From positions 12,889 through 76,888 of the forward strand of contig VGSJ01000001.1 in the NCBI GenBank assembly GCA_016875015.1: a stretch of 64,000 bases of DNA, written 5' to 3'. Shown here in pieces: positions 43,738-54,672 of the stretch. This DNA comes from Deltaproteobacteria bacterium (GTDB taxonomy: Bacteria; Desulfobacterota; Desulfobaccia; Desulfobaccales; 0-14-0-80-60-11). The notes under the pieces are model-generated. The model was not told where the DNA came from and did not search any database. It saw nothing but the letters and a program-made list of their open reading frames with translations. How positions within the stretch are numbered: the stretch's first letter is position 1; every line of letters begins with the position of its first letter. Position numbers and translations under genes: made by a program.

Positions 43738-44871
43738 TTATTTTTTCCGATAAAAATCAGCGATCACTCCCCCGACCCGTTCAACGTCTCCGTCAGTCAT
43801 TTGCGGGTACATGGGCAGACTCAAGATCTCCCGGCAAATTGCTTCAGTTCCGGCTAACCGGTTAGCCAGCGTAACTCTCCCCCGATAGGCCGGCTGTAAA
43901 TGCACCGGGACAGGATAATGAATCATGGCGCCGAGGCCATGGGCCGCCAGGAACGATTGCAGTTGGTCCCGTTTCCGGCTCCGCACGACGTATTGATGGT
44001 AGACGTGCGTGGCGCCGGGTCTGACTTGCGGGAGCAGCAGGGGGGTTTCTGCCAGCAAGGTGTTATAATATCCGGCAATTTCCTGTCGCCGGCAATTCTC
44101 CTGATCCAGATAACGCAGCTTGACCCGCAGGATCGCCGCCTGGAGTTCGTCCAACCGGGAGTTCATCCCCGGCAATTCACTGACATAGCGTTGTCGCCAG
44201 CCGTATTGGCGCAGCAGGCGCACCTGCGCCGCGAGTTCGGGATCATCGGCAGCCACCGCCCCCCCGTCGCCCAAAGCCCCCAAATTCTTGGTGGGGTAGA
44301 AACTGAAGGCGGCCAACCGCGACCCCAAGGCCCCGGCCTTGAGGTTCTGCAAAGCGGCGCCGTGCGCCTGGGCGCAATCTTCAATGACCTTTATCCCATA
44401 ACGTCTGGCGATATCATTAATGGCGGGCATATCCGCAGGGTGTCCATAAAGGTGAACCACGATAATCGCCTTGATTTGATCCTGGCCCTGCATTTTGATA
44501 GCTTCTTCCAGGCTATCAGGATCAAGGGTGAAGGTCTCCGGCTCAATTTCCGCCAGGATCGGCCGGGCGCCGGCCAATTCGATGGCCGCCACCGTGGCCA
44601 CGGCCGTATGGGACACCGTCAGGACGGCGTCTCCCGGTCCCACCCCGCAGGCCCGCAACGCCAGAACCAGGGCATCTGTACCACTCCCCACCCCAATGGC
44701 GTCCCGGACGCCGATATAGCGGGCAAATTCTTGCTCAAAAGCGATTACTTCCTGGCCCAACACGTACCAGCCGCTCTGCAGGACCTGTTGAATCGCATGA
44801 TCTATCTCTGCCTGATGGGATAGATAACTGGCTTGGGGATGCGCGGCCGGTAAAGTTGCTAACTTTGACAA
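43738..44871 (-). CDS. DegT/DnrJ/EryC1/StrS-family PLP-dependent sugar aminotransferase
   Basis: 377 aa. [27 protein letters not shown] (Lys of the Schiff base), YHQYVV. Confidence 0.92.
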   Translation of the reverse strand: MSKLATLPAAHPQASYLSHQAEIDHAIQQVLQSGWYVLGQEVIAFEQEFARYIGVRDAIGVGSGTDALVLALRACGVGPGDAVLTVSHTAVATVAAIELAGARPILAEIEPETFTLDPDSLEEAIKMQGQDQIKAIIVVHLYGHPADMPAINDIARRYGIKVIEDCAQAHGAALQNLKAGALGSRLAAFSFYPTKNLGALGDGGAVAADDPELAAQVRLLRQYGWRQRYVSELPGMNSRLDELQAAILRVKLRYLDQENCRRQEIAGYYNTLLAETPLLLPQVRPGATHVYHQYVVRSRKRDQLQSFLAAHGLGAMIHYPVPVHLQPAYRGRVTLANRLAGTEAICREILSLPMYPQMTDGDVERVGGVIADFYRKK

Positions 44872-44881
44872 AATTAGGCTC

Positions 44882-45871
44882 TTATAAGTAAGATGGCAAA
44901 TATCTGCGGTAAAAGTCCAGGGTCAGAGACAGTCCCTGATTCAATGGAACCTTTGGTTCCCAACCCAATTCCTGCCGAATTAATCGGTAATCCGAGTAGA
45001 AGTCGCCGATATCAATTTTCTTGCGCTCTTCCGGAAAAGATCGAATCAAGAATTCCCCGGCGCCATTGGTTTTGACCAGTAAGGCCGCCAATTCTCTTAA
45101 ACTGATCACCCGTTCCCCCCCAAGATTATAAATCCGGCCGATAGCTTCAGGCCGCGTGGCGGCGAGGAGCAAGGCCTCCACGGCATCGTCGACATAGGTG
45201 AAATCCCGCAGCTGCTCTCCCCCCCAGACCTCAAAGGGCTGGTCTTCGATAACCAGGCGGATCCAAATCCCCAGGAAAGTTTGCCGCGCGTCCTTCACCC
45301 TCATCCGGGGGCCGTAAGTATTGGTTAACCGGAGAACCGTCGCCCTGATCCCATAGGCGTCATAGTAAAGAATATGATAGCCCTCCCCCGCCATTTTATT
45401 GATGCCGTTGACATCCACCGGACGCAAAAGATGCTTTTCATCCACCGGGAGATAGCGAGGCCGGCCGTAAATCTGGCGGGTGCTGGCAAATACCACCCTG
45501 ATGCCGGGATTGGCATGGCGGCAGGCTTCAAGAATGGCGAGTTGGGCCCGACTGTTGATTTCCAGGTCCGTAAAGGGATCATGCATGGAGTCCATGTGGC
45601 TGGTCTGGCCCGCCAGATTGAAGAGATAGTCCTGTCCCTGCACCAGGTAATTCAAACTGTATCTGTCCCGCACATCGGAAATATTGACCCGGACCCGGTT
45701 CTCGAACCCGGCCAGGTTGAACAGATTGCCGCCATATTCAGGGACCAGGCTATCCACTAAGGTCACCCGGGCCCCCAACGAAACCAGCCGCCGGGCTAAA
45801 TTGGACCCGATAAACCCGACTCCGCCGGTGATCAGAATCTTGGTTCCGTCAAAAGATTGGCCATCGGTCAT
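44882..45871 (-). CDS. Extended SDR, NAD-dependent sugar epimerase/dehydratase family (apparent NxxxK in place of YxxxK)
   Basis: 329 aa. [27 protein letters not shown], then [10 protein letters not shown] where P-Y-G-x-S-K is expected. Confidence 0.85.
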   Translation of the reverse strand: MTDGQSFDGTKILITGGVGFIGSNLARRLVSLGARVTLVDSLVPEYGGNLFNLAGFENRVRVNISDVRDRYSLNYLVQGQDYLFNLAGQTSHMDSMHDPFTDLEINSRAQLAILEACRHANPGIRVVFASTRQIYGRPRYLPVDEKHLLRPVDVNGINKMAGEGYHILYYDAYGIRATVLRLTNTYGPRMRVKDARQTFLGIWIRLVIEDQPFEVWGGEQLRDFTYVDDAVEALLLAATRPEAIGRIYNLGGERVISLRELAALLVKTNGAGEFLIRSFPEERKKIDIGDFYSDYRLIRQELGWEPKVPLNQGLSLTLDFYRRYLPSYL

Positions 45872-45880
45872 AAGGGTTCT

Positions 45881-47104
45881 TTATCCCAAGCTTTTTCTGA
45901 TGATGTCATCCATCTGTACCCGTCGCTGAACAAACGTATGGTCTCTTAACGTCCGCTTTTGACCTGCCCGGGCGATGGCGGCGCTTTCTTCCGGATTGGC
46001 CAGCAGCCACTTCACTTTTTCTACACATTCACCGGCAGATTTATAGGTCACCACCTCTTTATCCGGTTCAAATAACCGGCTCAGGTTGGCCTTCCAGTCC
46101 GTCACCAGACAGGAGCCGGCGCCGGTCGCCTCAAACAGACGCATATTGGACGCGGAGTTGACCGAAATGTCAGTGTGGCTGTTGAAGCTGAGCTTCGATC
46201 TTCTCAAGGTCCGGTACATTTCGAGGCCAAACGCCGCGGGCGAAACCCAAGGGCGAAGCCGGGGATGAACCGAAAACAACGGCCGGTATGACCATGACGC
46301 GGCTCTGCCAATTTGGGGGAGGTTGGCCAGGCTCGATTCAGATACCCCGGCTTGCCGCAGCGCCTGGAACGCGAGGTGCAGGCAGCCGCGGGCAAAGGTC
46401 TTGATTTCCTCCTGGAAAGATCGATCTAAATTAGGGGTATAAATGCGGATGGGAACCTGTCGGACCAGGTCCAGCAAGAGCCGCTCCCTCTGCCGATGAC
46501 TGCCTTTCCCCCGATTTATGCCGCCCACAAACGAGAAATCAATATCCTGGTGGTTTAGGGTGATCCGCTCCAACAACCGCGTTTCGAAGGCATGATGGAG
46601 GTGAAAACTTTTATGTCCCATTAACTGGAAGCGGTCCACCAGTTCCGGAATACATGATAATACCACATCATAGGCCTGAAAAACACCGGGATCCTGGAAG
46701 GGCGCGCCGCACCAACCGAGAATCAGGCGGATAGACGGACAATCCTGCCTGAGTTCCCTCAGCCATTGGCCGGAAAAAGTCGAAAAGTCATCAATGAACA
46801 CCAGGGTAGGCTGGAATTGTTTTATCTGGGCGGAGACGATATCCCACAACCAGCGGTCCGGGGTAAAATTAATCCCGTGCTCTCCGGCCCAGGCCTTCTG
46901 CAGCGGCTCAATATTGGCCGTCACTTCCATGACCTCATAACCCAAGGGGGTCAGGGCATAGGACCAGGAATCTCCCTCCCCAAAAGCATCATAGTCCAAG
47001 GCCGCTTTCTGCCGGGCATATGACTCACCATCCAGAGCCGGCCGCCGGGCGTAAAAGTCTTGGATATAGGCTGAATAAAATGAGGTGAGTTTGAAAAGTT
47101 TCAT
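45881..47104 (-). CDS. CgeB-like glycosyltransferase-family protein (Glyco_trans_1_2-type C-terminus)
   Basis: 407 aa. The C-terminus NMRLFEATGAGSCLVTDW...VVTYKS..E..EKVKWLL.NPEE...IA.AGQ.R.L..HTF matches the CgeB/DUF3880-type pattern. Confidence 0.6.
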   Translation of the reverse strand: MKLFKLTSFYSAYIQDFYARRPALDGESYARQKAALDYDAFGEGDSWSYALTPLGYEVMEVTANIEPLQKAWAGEHGINFTPDRWLWDIVSAQIKQFQPTLVFIDDFSTFSGQWLRELRQDCPSIRLILGWCGAPFQDPGVFQAYDVVLSCIPELVDRFQLMGHKSFHLHHAFETRLLERITLNHQDIDFSFVGGINRGKGSHRQRERLLLDLVRQVPIRIYTPNLDRSFQEEIKTFARGCLHLAFQALRQAGVSESSLANLPQIGRAASWSYRPLFSVHPRLRPWVSPAAFGLEMYRTLRRSKLSFNSHTDISVNSASNMRLFEATGAGSCLVTDWKANLSRLFEPDKEVVTYKSAGECVEKVKWLLANPEESAAIARAGQKRTLRDHTFVQRRVQMDDIIRKSLG

Positions 47105-47183
47105 TGCTTAAAAAATAGAGATAATATGATCCCCGTTCGTTCAGCCCGTCTTCATTAGTTAATTGGCATCCCCTGATTGATGC

Positions 47184-48236
47184 TTACCAGTAACAGCCTT
47201 CTTCAATTTTATGGTATTGATCAGGCCTTTCTGAAGGCAATGGCCTTACCCAATATTCATTATAGAGTTTTGATATTACTTCATGTTGGTCCCATCTCCT
47301 TCCTTTAATGCCAAACATAATCTGAGTAGCCCCTCCCATATGGATTGCCTTCTTACCTAAAGATTTTGCATAAAAAGCTAGTGGTAATCCATATGCTCCG
47401 GCGCCAATTATGGCTATATCGAAATCAATTTTTTTTACCTCAGCACACATGTGCTCATAAGCGTCAAACCAGGTTTCAAAACCGGTCTTTGTTTTGGCAA
47501 TAGATTGAACCGCTTTCAATGTTATAAGTTCGAAATAAGGCAAAACATCTTTATTTGAAAATAGTAAATTCCTTTTTTTGTATTGAGACTCTATAGATTC
47601 TTTAAATGGATGAATAACGAGAATTTTTTTGTTTTCTAAGGATTTACTCCAAGGATTACCAGAATAATACGGCTCAATCGACCTCAGAGGTATCAAGTAA
47701 GCATATGAACAAAAGCGTTGGCATACTATATTTTCATAAAAATTAAACCAAACCCCTATAAAATCAATTTGATTAATACAATTTATGTATAACTCAGAGA
47801 AGGCATCGAGCGAATCATTATCCGTAGGAAAAAAGCCGGCATTTTCCAACATTGAATTGCGAGTCTGATCATTATATGACATCTTTTTAAATTTTGAGTT
47901 TTTACGAAATTTTAAATAATATGTCAAACAATCTAATTCAATAGACCCAAATCTTGTAACCATTAAAGGTCCTGGAGAAAGTAGTGAATTTCTTATAAGA
48001 TTGTTCCCTTCTTCTTGCGACCAAATAGTCTTATGATAATCCCCAGGTTTAGGATAGTTATTTAATAATCTGAGACGATAAATTCTATAATAAAAAGCTC
48101 GTATTAGATTTATCACGTAATCTCCGTTGATCCGAAATTCTGCCGCAGCCTTTGCCGCGTCCAGCAAAAAGCGGTTTCGATAACCTCTTCCCCTGTCGGA
48201 GATCGGGGTCGGCCGGCCCGGGCCGGCGCCCTCCAA
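47184..48236 (-). CDS. Hypothetical protein, possibly GT-D-type (DUF1792-like) glycosyltransferase; start uncertain
   Basis: AT-rich ORF. TRFGSIELD (compare RFGDGE) and IIGAGAYGLPLAFYAKSLGKKAIHMGG resemble DUF1792. The track start is a TTG in a GC-rich leader, and the true start may be internal. Confidence 0.45.
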   Translation of the reverse strand: MEGAGPGRPTPISDRGRGYRNRFLLDAAKAAAEFRINGDYVINLIRAFYYRIYRLRLLNNYPKPGDYHKTIWSQEEGNNLIRNSLLSPGPLMVTRFGSIELDCLTYYLKFRKNSKFKKMSYNDQTRNSMLENAGFFPTDNDSLDAFSELYINCINQIDFIGVWFNFYENIVCQRFCSYAYLIPLRSIEPYYSGNPWSKSLENKKILVIHPFKESIESQYKKRNLLFSNKDVLPYFELITLKAVQSIAKTKTGFETWFDAYEHMCAEVKKIDFDIAIIGAGAYGLPLAFYAKSLGKKAIHMGGATQIMFGIKGRRWDQHEVISKLYNEYWVRPLPSERPDQYHKIEEGCYW

Positions 48237-48257
48237 CCGGAGCGATTTTCTGGAAAA

Positions 48258-50258
48258 TTATCTCCAGGAGTATTGCATGGCCGGCAGGCGTTGAGCCGCA
48301 TCGCGCTCCGGGGTCTCCGTTTCCACGCCGCCCGCCGCATTTCTGCTCAATACCGGTTGATAACCTTCTTTCAGCAAACCCTTGAACTGGGCATAGAGTT
48401 CGGCGCTGTGCCCCGGAACCGTGTAAAGCGGGTTCCGGTTATATTCATAATGCATTTCTAACATCTTGTATGACGGGAGAAAATAGCTTCTGCTGCCCCA
48501 TTCCACGGCGGCCACCAGGGGGAAGGCCATGTCGTCCGCCTTGGGAAAGCCTCGGGAGAGATCAAGGATTCTGGCATTCAAGAGGAGTGCTTTATTAAAC
48601 ATGCATATTCCAGGACCGATGGTGTCCGTTTGGGTCAACTGGGTTATTCCCGGGGTTTCGAAGGTCAAAGAGGCGCAGCTAAAATTATCCTCGTTCCAAT
48701 CCACCCAGAGGCTGTTCCAGCAAGAGAGGAGATCTTTTGACCCCAGGGTCCGAAAATTATCATACATATACCTGATAAAATTTCGGTCGAGGAGAGTGAT
48801 GTCGTCATCGATAAACATGACGGTGTCGTGGGCGGCAAGGGTGGCGACGGCATATCTGACCCGGCAGCGCCAATTATAGCTGGAATTAAAAATCTTGAGA
48901 TTGGCGAATTGGCGGAACAGTCTCCCGAGGGAGGAAAACCGCGACGGCTTGAGTCGGATGCCCGGCGCATTGTTGCACACAATTAATTCCAGGGGCAGGC
49001 TCCCCAGTTTCTGCTGGAGAAGACTGCGCAACAGCGCGGCCAAAGCCGCTCGCCGCTGATAGGTGAGCACGATCACCGTGACCCCCTCCGCCGGATGAAC
49101 GCCAGGTCCCAAAGCCTTTGCGGCAGCGGGCTCCGGAACCGGGACGGGCGCCCGGCTTAACCGGGTCAGCAGGTCACCGGTCCGTTGCAGAATCACCTGC
49201 CTGGTTCGCCTCGGGTTGGCCACCGCCTTGGCAACCAGGCGAAAAGGCCTGATACAGGCCTCATATCGGGACGGAGCCGGGCCCGGCGCCGGTGGGGCAA
49301 ATCCGGTGGCAAGGCTCAGCCGGGTGAGCATATCGGCATCAATTTCGCCGGCCTCGTCCGCCTTGATGATCCCCTTCTCCTGCATCGCCGGTTTGAGGCT
49401 CAGAATAAAAGAGATTACTTTAATTCTTTGCTCTGGGGTCAGTTGATTTTCTGGGAGTTGCGAGTAGTGAAGCCATTCCAAGAGATGACGGGGAGGCTCC
49501 GATTCTAAGAGACGCGCGGCGAACACCCGTCTGGCTGAAATAATATTGCAGAGCTGTTCATCGGCTTTCGTGCTGCTGATAGAATCGGACCGGCGCCGGT
49601 ATTTATAGGGAGCGCTGCTCAGGTTTTCAATTCTGGTTAGCGCAACCAGCCGGGTCCACAGTTCAAAATCCTCAATATACGGAAAGGATACATCGTACCC
49701 TCCCGCTTTTTCGATCCAGGTCCGGCGCATCATGACCGTGGGGTGGGCCAGAGACCGCCCAAAAAATAATTGCCAGGCGATCATGGCATGGGAGACGGGC
49801 AACTCATATCTCTCTAAAAATTCCCCCCGTTCATCCATCACCTCCATCTGGGTACCCAAAACCCCGATCTCAGGATGCCGGGCCAAATGCTGCAACTGAT
49901 CGTTAAACCTTGACGGCATCGACACGTCGTCCTGATCTTGACGGGCGATGATTTCCCCCCGGCACACGCTCAAGGCGCGGTTGAGAGACCTGGTCAACCC
50001 GATGTTGGTAGGATTATAAAGGAGCACGATGCGAGGATCATCATAACTCTCCAAGGTCTTAACACTCGTATCCGTAGAGCAGTCATCCACGATGACGAAC
50101 TCAAAATCCTCGAAAGTCTGGTTCAGAACGCTATCCACCGCCTCCCGCAGATAAGGTTCGCCATTGAAAACGCTCATGACTACACTTAGCTGAGGATTTT
50201 GTGGGAACTGCTCTTTGGGGTATCCGGTTTCGTTCATGGTCCTTTCACTTCCGCCCAA
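48258..50258 (-). CDS. Two-domain glycosyltransferase (two GT2 modules)
   Basis: 666 aa. Module 1 is LSVVMSVFNGEPYLREAVDSVLNQTFEDFEFVIVDDCSTD...DQDD. Module 2 is VTVIVLTYQRRAALAALLRSLLQQ...IDDD. Confidence 0.85.
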   Translation of the reverse strand: MGGSERTMNETGYPKEQFPQNPQLSVVMSVFNGEPYLREAVDSVLNQTFEDFEFVIVDDCSTDTSVKTLESYDDPRIVLLYNPTNIGLTRSLNRALSVCRGEIIARQDQDDVSMPSRFNDQLQHLARHPEIGVLGTQMEVMDERGEFLERYELPVSHAMIAWQLFFGRSLAHPTVMMRRTWIEKAGGYDVSFPYIEDFELWTRLVALTRIENLSSAPYKYRRRSDSISSTKADEQLCNIISARRVFAARLLESEPPRHLLEWLHYSQLPENQLTPEQRIKVISFILSLKPAMQEKGIIKADEAGEIDADMLTRLSLATGFAPPAPGPAPSRYEACIRPFRLVAKAVANPRRTRQVILQRTGDLLTRLSRAPVPVPEPAAAKALGPGVHPAEGVTVIVLTYQRRAALAALLRSLLQQKLGSLPLELIVCNNAPGIRLKPSRFSSLGRLFRQFANLKIFNSSYNWRCRVRYAVATLAAHDTVMFIDDDITLLDRNFIRYMYDNFRTLGSKDLLSCWNSLWVDWNEDNFSCASLTFETPGITQLTQTDTIGPGICMFNKALLLNARILDLSRGFPKADDMAFPLVAAVEWGSRSYFLPSYKMLEMHYEYNRNPLYTVPGHSAELYAQFKGLLKEGYQPVLSRNAAGGVETETPERDAAQRLPAMQYSWR

Positions 50259-51013
50259 ATTTCTCCCCAGCGGATTTCCACATGGCTGATCACCAGATTG
50301 CTGGCCGTCATTTCCTCAGTGAAGGTCTCCCAGGTATATTCCGTCTCATGGGTTGCATCGGAGCGCCATTCGAGCCCCAGTTCCCGGCGCAGCGGCACCT
50401 GCCAGGCCCGCTCAAACAGCGGGACGCGAATCAGCAGGCGCGAGGGGCGCGCCGCGGCCATGAGCTTTTTCAGGAACTCGGGCCGTTCCGCCAGGTGTTC
50501 CAGGACGTTGGAGAGAATCACCACGTCAAAGCCCTCCGGAGGCAGACAGATCAGCGCATCGCCCAAGAGGTACTCCACCCGGGGATGGGAAAACCGCTCC
50601 CGGGCCTGGGCGATATAGACCGGGTCCAGATCAATACCCACCACTCGGGCCTTGGCTCTGTCCGCCACATCATAGGCTACCGCACCATTCCCGCAGCCGA
50701 CATCCAAAACCCTCTCGTCCGGGAAAATCCGGTGGACGAAAAAATCATGATACCGGGTAAGGCGATGCTTGGCGTGAATGCCGTGATCGTAGCGGATCGC
50801 TTCCTGGTCGATACAACCGGCTAAGGCTTTTTCTTCAGTCAGCAGAGCCCGCAAGGCCGCCTCCGCCCCATAGGCCGAAAGTCCTGCCCATCTCAGTTTA
50901 AGAAACCGCAACCAGATGGCCTCGGGAATCCGGCTGACCAGCCTTTCCAGACCGATTCGGGCCCCGGTGCGGAGGGCTCGCCAGGGCTTCAAGGGATTAT
51001 TGGGACGCTTCAT
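50234..51013 (-). CDS. Class I SAM-dependent methyltransferase
   Basis: 259 aa. Motif I VLDVGCGNGAVA, and FDVVILSNVLEH. It overlaps the downstream gene by 25 nt. Confidence 0.85.
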   Translation of the reverse strand: MKRPNNPLKPWRALRTGARIGLERLVSRIPEAIWLRFLKLRWAGLSAYGAEAALRALLTEEKALAGCIDQEAIRYDHGIHAKHRLTRYHDFFVHRIFPDERVLDVGCGNGAVAYDVADRAKARVVGIDLDPVYIAQARERFSHPRVEYLLGDALICLPPEGFDVVILSNVLEHLAERPEFLKKLMAAARPSRLLIRVPLFERAWQVPLRRELGLEWRSDATHETEYTWETFTEEMTASNLVISHVEIRWGEIWAEVKGP

Positions 51014-51029
51014 AATTAATTATGGCAAT

Positions 51030-51150
51030 TTAATCCAGGCTTTTTCTCCCCCCTTCTCTAAAGGGGGGTAAGGGGGGGATTAAATAAGTGCTTAATACTC
51101 CCCCTAAATCCCCCTTTAATAAAGGGGGACTTAAAACACCCAGATTTAAG
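51030..51150. repeat. Cluster of C/G-run hairpins in a 199-bp intergenic gap
   Basis: CCCCCC-ttctctaaa-GGGGGG (51048-51068) and the palindrome CCCCCTTTAaTAAAGGGGG (51110-51128) were read directly. Same style as the hairpins at 8807-8827, 39960-40092 and 55966-55990. Confidence 0.6.
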
Positions 51151-51212
51151 ATATGCCTCGTTTCATACCATACCAATTATGGATCATAACACTTTGGCTC
51201 ATTGGATTCCTT

Positions 51213-52364
51213 TTATGATACGAGACGCGCGAAGATTTCCCGATGCCGGATCAGCCATGGTTGCAAATCGAATTTCTCCACCGCTCGCTCCCGGGCCGCC
51301 CGGGAGCGCTGCCGCAATCCCTGCGCCACCTGATCCACCGCGTCCGCCAGTTTCACCGGATCGGGGGGCAGAATCCGATCCCAGCTGGCCTTGTCCGGCA
51401 CCCCGATGCCGGCGTCCTCGCCCACCAACTCCGGCACCCCGCCGCTGCCGGCATAAACCACCGGCAAGCCGCAAGCCATGGCCTCCAGGACTACCATGGG
51501 GCAGGGATCATATACCTTCGTGTGCAACAACAGATGAGCCCGATGAAAGATGGCGGGGGCTTCGGCCCGGGAGTATGGGGGCAGCAGGTCCAGCCGATGG
51601 GCAACCCCCAGTGCCTCCACCAATCCCCGAACCTCTGCTTCCAGCCCGGCGCGATCGTCGTTCCAGGCCAATCCGCCGGCCACGACGAGCCTAACATCCA
51701 CCCCCCGGCGGACCAATTCCGCCAGGGTGCGCAAGGCCGACTCGAACCGATAGCGGTCCATAGCCGTCCCCACACTCAACAGCACCAGGCCGCCGGCAGG
51801 GAACGCGGGGGCGGGGCGAAAATAGCCGGTGTCCACGGGGTTGTACAAAATCTCCCAGGCCCCGCCTCTTTCCCCCAGAAAGCGGTCCGCGCTCAGCTTG
51901 CAGAATTGGCTCTGGTAAAAAACATACTCTGCCTCATGGAGCACCAGCTTCATGGGCGCATTCACGGTTTCCCAATCAGCTGCGGCCCAGGCCGGATAAC
52001 CCACGCCGTTCTGATTCAGGACTAGTCGGGCCTTCTTTCTCCTGGCCATCCCCAGAACCTGGGGCAGGTCTGCCGGGAGGGAGCTGCTGCCCAGGTACAG
52101 GATGTTGAACCGCCGGGGAGCATGGGGAAAAATCTGCTGCAGCGTCACAAATTTTACCATGCCGCCCGATACGATTTTCTGCGACCCAGGCATCCGGGAA
52201 TGTCCGAAGGAGACGCGGATTTTCCCCGCTCCCGGCATGCCGCTTACCAGAATGAGCCACTGGTTGACCCGCTTCTGCAGCCGCCGGACCGGGGCCAGGG
52301 CCAGCTGGAGGAGACCGATAACCGGTCCCGGCAGGATGTGCTTTAGAACTTGCTTAAAACCCAT
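51213..52364 (-). CDS. Glycosyltransferase family 4 (GT-B)
   Basis: 383 aa. HTKVYDPCPMVVLEAMACGLPVVYAGSGGVPELV. Confidence 0.85.
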   Translation of the reverse strand: MGFKQVLKHILPGPVIGLLQLALAPVRRLQKRVNQWLILVSGMPGAGKIRVSFGHSRMPGSQKIVSGGMVKFVTLQQIFPHAPRRFNILYLGSSSLPADLPQVLGMARRKKARLVLNQNGVGYPAWAAADWETVNAPMKLVLHEAEYVFYQSQFCKLSADRFLGERGGAWEILYNPVDTGYFRPAPAFPAGGLVLLSVGTAMDRYRFESALRTLAELVRRGVDVRLVVAGGLAWNDDRAGLEAEVRGLVEALGVAHRLDLLPPYSRAEAPAIFHRAHLLLHTKVYDPCPMVVLEAMACGLPVVYAGSGGVPELVGEDAGIGVPDKASWDRILPPDPVKLADAVDQVAQGLRQRSRAARERAVEKFDLQPWLIRHREIFARLVS

Positions 52365-52383
52365 GGCGCCTGTTCAAGGGAGT

Positions 52384-53508
52384 TTAGCCGGAATGCCCCT
52401 GGTCGAAATTTACGAACCCCTTCATGAAATCAAGCCACTGGGGAAACTGGGAATCATAGGTGTTGGCTTGGGCGGTCAGGAGGCCTCTGGCTACCGCTTC
52501 GGCGGCGCGGCTTGGCTGGCTCACCGCATACTCGGTCCAGTGGGCCAGGCCCTCGTAATCCTCCGACTCCACCATCCAGCCGTTCCGGTCGTGGCGCACC
52601 AGGTCCATGGCCTGTCCCACCCTGGTGGTCACCAGGGGCACCCCGCTGGCCATGGACTCCAACACCGCCTTGGGCCCGCCTTCCTGACGGGAAGAAACAA
52701 TGTAGGCGTCCAGGGCCTGGAACAGTCGCCCCACCTCCGGATACGAATCCAGGTAGAGGTGCTTGTAAGGCACCCGGAGGCTTTCTAAACCCGCCTTCAC
52801 GTACCCCCGGGCCGGACCGGACAACAGCACGAAAATCTCCGGTATCCGCGGTTTAAGGCAATCAACGGCTTTCAAGAAAATATCCGGGCCCTTGACCAGT
52901 TTAGGCTCCAGGCCTTCGCCCCAGCCAACCCCGTCTTTTTGAAAAGAGCCCACCACCACTGCGGACTCGGGGATGCCCAGCCGGGCCCGGGCCTGCCGGC
53001 GGGACTCCGGGGTCTGAACCTGGAAGAAGGACAGATTAATGCCGATGGGAATCATAAAAACTTTTTCGGGCGCGATGCCGGAACTCAAAATCAGGTCCCG
53101 CATCTCCGTATGGGAAACTTGAATTCGCTGAATACGTGAATGTTCCCGGCATAATCTCTCATAGCTCGCGTCAAACTCCGGGACGCCGTTGCCGGGTCTG
53201 CCGTGGAAATAGGCGGCGCCCACCAGGTGGTTCCGGGGCCAGGATTCCGCCAGGAGCAAGCTAAAATGACTGGCGAAAAACAGGACCTGCCGTGGGGCCA
53301 GATCAATCCAACCGGGGGAGGCCAGCTTCACTCCCATTCTCCTGGCCAGGGAGGCCAACTCCCGCATTTCCCAGGCCAGCACCCAGATGGGGGAGTCGTC
53401 CACCAGCATTAACCGGGAATAGGGCCGCCAGGTCCGGGAAATGGAGCGACACGCGGCATTTACCGTTTGACGCCCAACCCGTTTGATTAAATGGCCAAAG
53501 GGAATCAA
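52384..53508 (-). CDS. Glycosyltransferase family 4 (GT-B)
   Basis: 374 aa. VSSRQEGGPKAVLESMASGVPLVTTRVGQAMDLV. Confidence 0.85.
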   Translation of the reverse strand: MIPFGHLIKRVGRQTVNAACRSISRTWRPYSRLMLVDDSPIWVLAWEMRELASLARRMGVKLASPGWIDLAPRQVLFFASHFSLLLAESWPRNHLVGAAYFHGRPGNGVPEFDASYERLCREHSRIQRIQVSHTEMRDLILSSGIAPEKVFMIPIGINLSFFQVQTPESRRQARARLGIPESAVVVGSFQKDGVGWGEGLEPKLVKGPDIFLKAVDCLKPRIPEIFVLLSGPARGYVKAGLESLRVPYKHLYLDSYPEVGRLFQALDAYIVSSRQEGGPKAVLESMASGVPLVTTRVGQAMDLVRHDRNGWMVESEDYEGLAHWTEYAVSQPSRAAEAVARGLLTAQANTYDSQFPQWLDFMKGFVNFDQGHSG

Positions 53509-53535
53509 TTAACCGTCCACCCCAAAAGCATGCAA

Positions 53536-54672
53536 TTATTGCGGACGCGATGCCTGGGCCGGCTTCGACTCCAGGGCCCGTAACCTGGCAAGGTATTCTT
53601 CTTCCTGGGGGGTCGGCTTAAAATCCTGCCTGTCCCTGGCGAAGACTTGCCTCCTGAAATAAAAGAAATCCATCAAATCATTATCCAGCACTTGGAGAAT
53701 AATTATATCCGGTTCACAATATTTGGCCCGTTGTTTCAAGAGCGAGACCTCGTCGGCAATAGTGTAACCGCAAATTCCGGCGTTGATAACTTCTTTGTCC
53801 GGATATTTCTGCTGCAACAACCCCGGATAGGTATCGTGGTTGGCCAGATAAGGCCCGAAGGTGAAGGAGTCCCCCAGGCACAAAATGCGCGGTTTCGTTT
53901 TCGGGAATTGCAGGTCACGATCCATCCTCAACCCCTGGGAGTTAACCACCACCCGGTAAGGCATCTCCGGGGCAAACAGCCAGATTTTATTCTCACGAGC
54001 CAGTAAATCCCCCAGGAGCGGGGGCCGGGTACTAAAGGCAGCCACCCTCCGGCGGCTGGCATTCCCCTGGATATATTTGGCAAGCTCTTCCACCACCACC
54101 TGGTTGCCGAACCGCGACAGGTGGCCGTTCTGGGGCAATAAAGTCACGGTCTCAGCCGGGTATCTGGCGAACGCCGCCGTTACATCCGCAAAATCAACCC
54201 GGTACTTGCCAGCCAAACCCTTAAAAAACGACTGGCAGAGATCGCGGCTGCGGGGGTCCTTGCTAAAGTTCGAAGGAGGGTACAGAACTATCAGCCTGGA
54301 GCCCAGCTTGCCCGTTTCCTCCACCAGTTCCGCAAAGCTTTTTTCATACTGTCCCTGGAAATAGGCCAGCAACTCAGCCCCTTCCGGGTTGAACAACGCG
54401 CCCTTGGCGCCCTTGGGGAGGCGGTTCTCCACAACCTCCACTTTTTTTGTGGAAACGGCCAGGGCCACCTTGTTCTGGAGCTTGTGAAAAGCCGCCACCA
54501 GGGCGGACTTATGGTTTCCATGCACCTGGTAATAGACCAGGCGGGCTCCGGTTTCCAATAAAATTAACAGAATCGCTAATGGTACCAGCGCAAAGATAAT
54601 TTTCTTATAAAATGGCATTGACCTGACGTATTGTTCAATCGGCTCCAGCGTGTCATGCTTTTCTTTGGTCAT
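53536..54672 (-). CDS. Membrane-anchored SGNH/GDSL-like hydrolase-fold protein
   Basis: ATG 54672 (MTKEKHD...); the track start is an upstream TTG (54717). N-terminal TM. Block I ILCLGDSFTFG. The downstream blocks are less clear. Confidence 0.55.
   Translation of the reverse strand: MTKEKHDTLEPIEQYVRSMPFYKKIIFALVPLAILLILLETGARLVYYQVHGNHKSALVAAFHKLQNKVALAVSTKKVEVVENRLPKGAKGALFNPEGAELLAYFQGQYEKSFAELVEETGKLGSRLIVLYPPSNFSKDPRSRDLCQSFFKGLAGKYRVDFADVTAAFARYPAETVTLLPQNGHLSRFGNQVVVEELAKYIQGNASRRRVAAFSTRPPLLGDLLARENKIWLFAPEMPYRVVVNSQGLRMDRDLQFPKTKPRILCLGDSFTFGPYLANHDTYPGLLQQKYPDKEVINAGICGYTIADEVSLLKQRAKYCEPDIIILQVLDNDLMDFFYFRRQVFARDRQDFKPTPQEEEYLARLRALESKPAQASRPQ

Noticed and set aside
51179-51694. 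171-aa Pro/Arg-rich plus-strand ORF
   Set aside because: It is antisense to the GT4 gene 51213-52364 and extremely low-complexity (PPxP runs). It is a shadow ORF.
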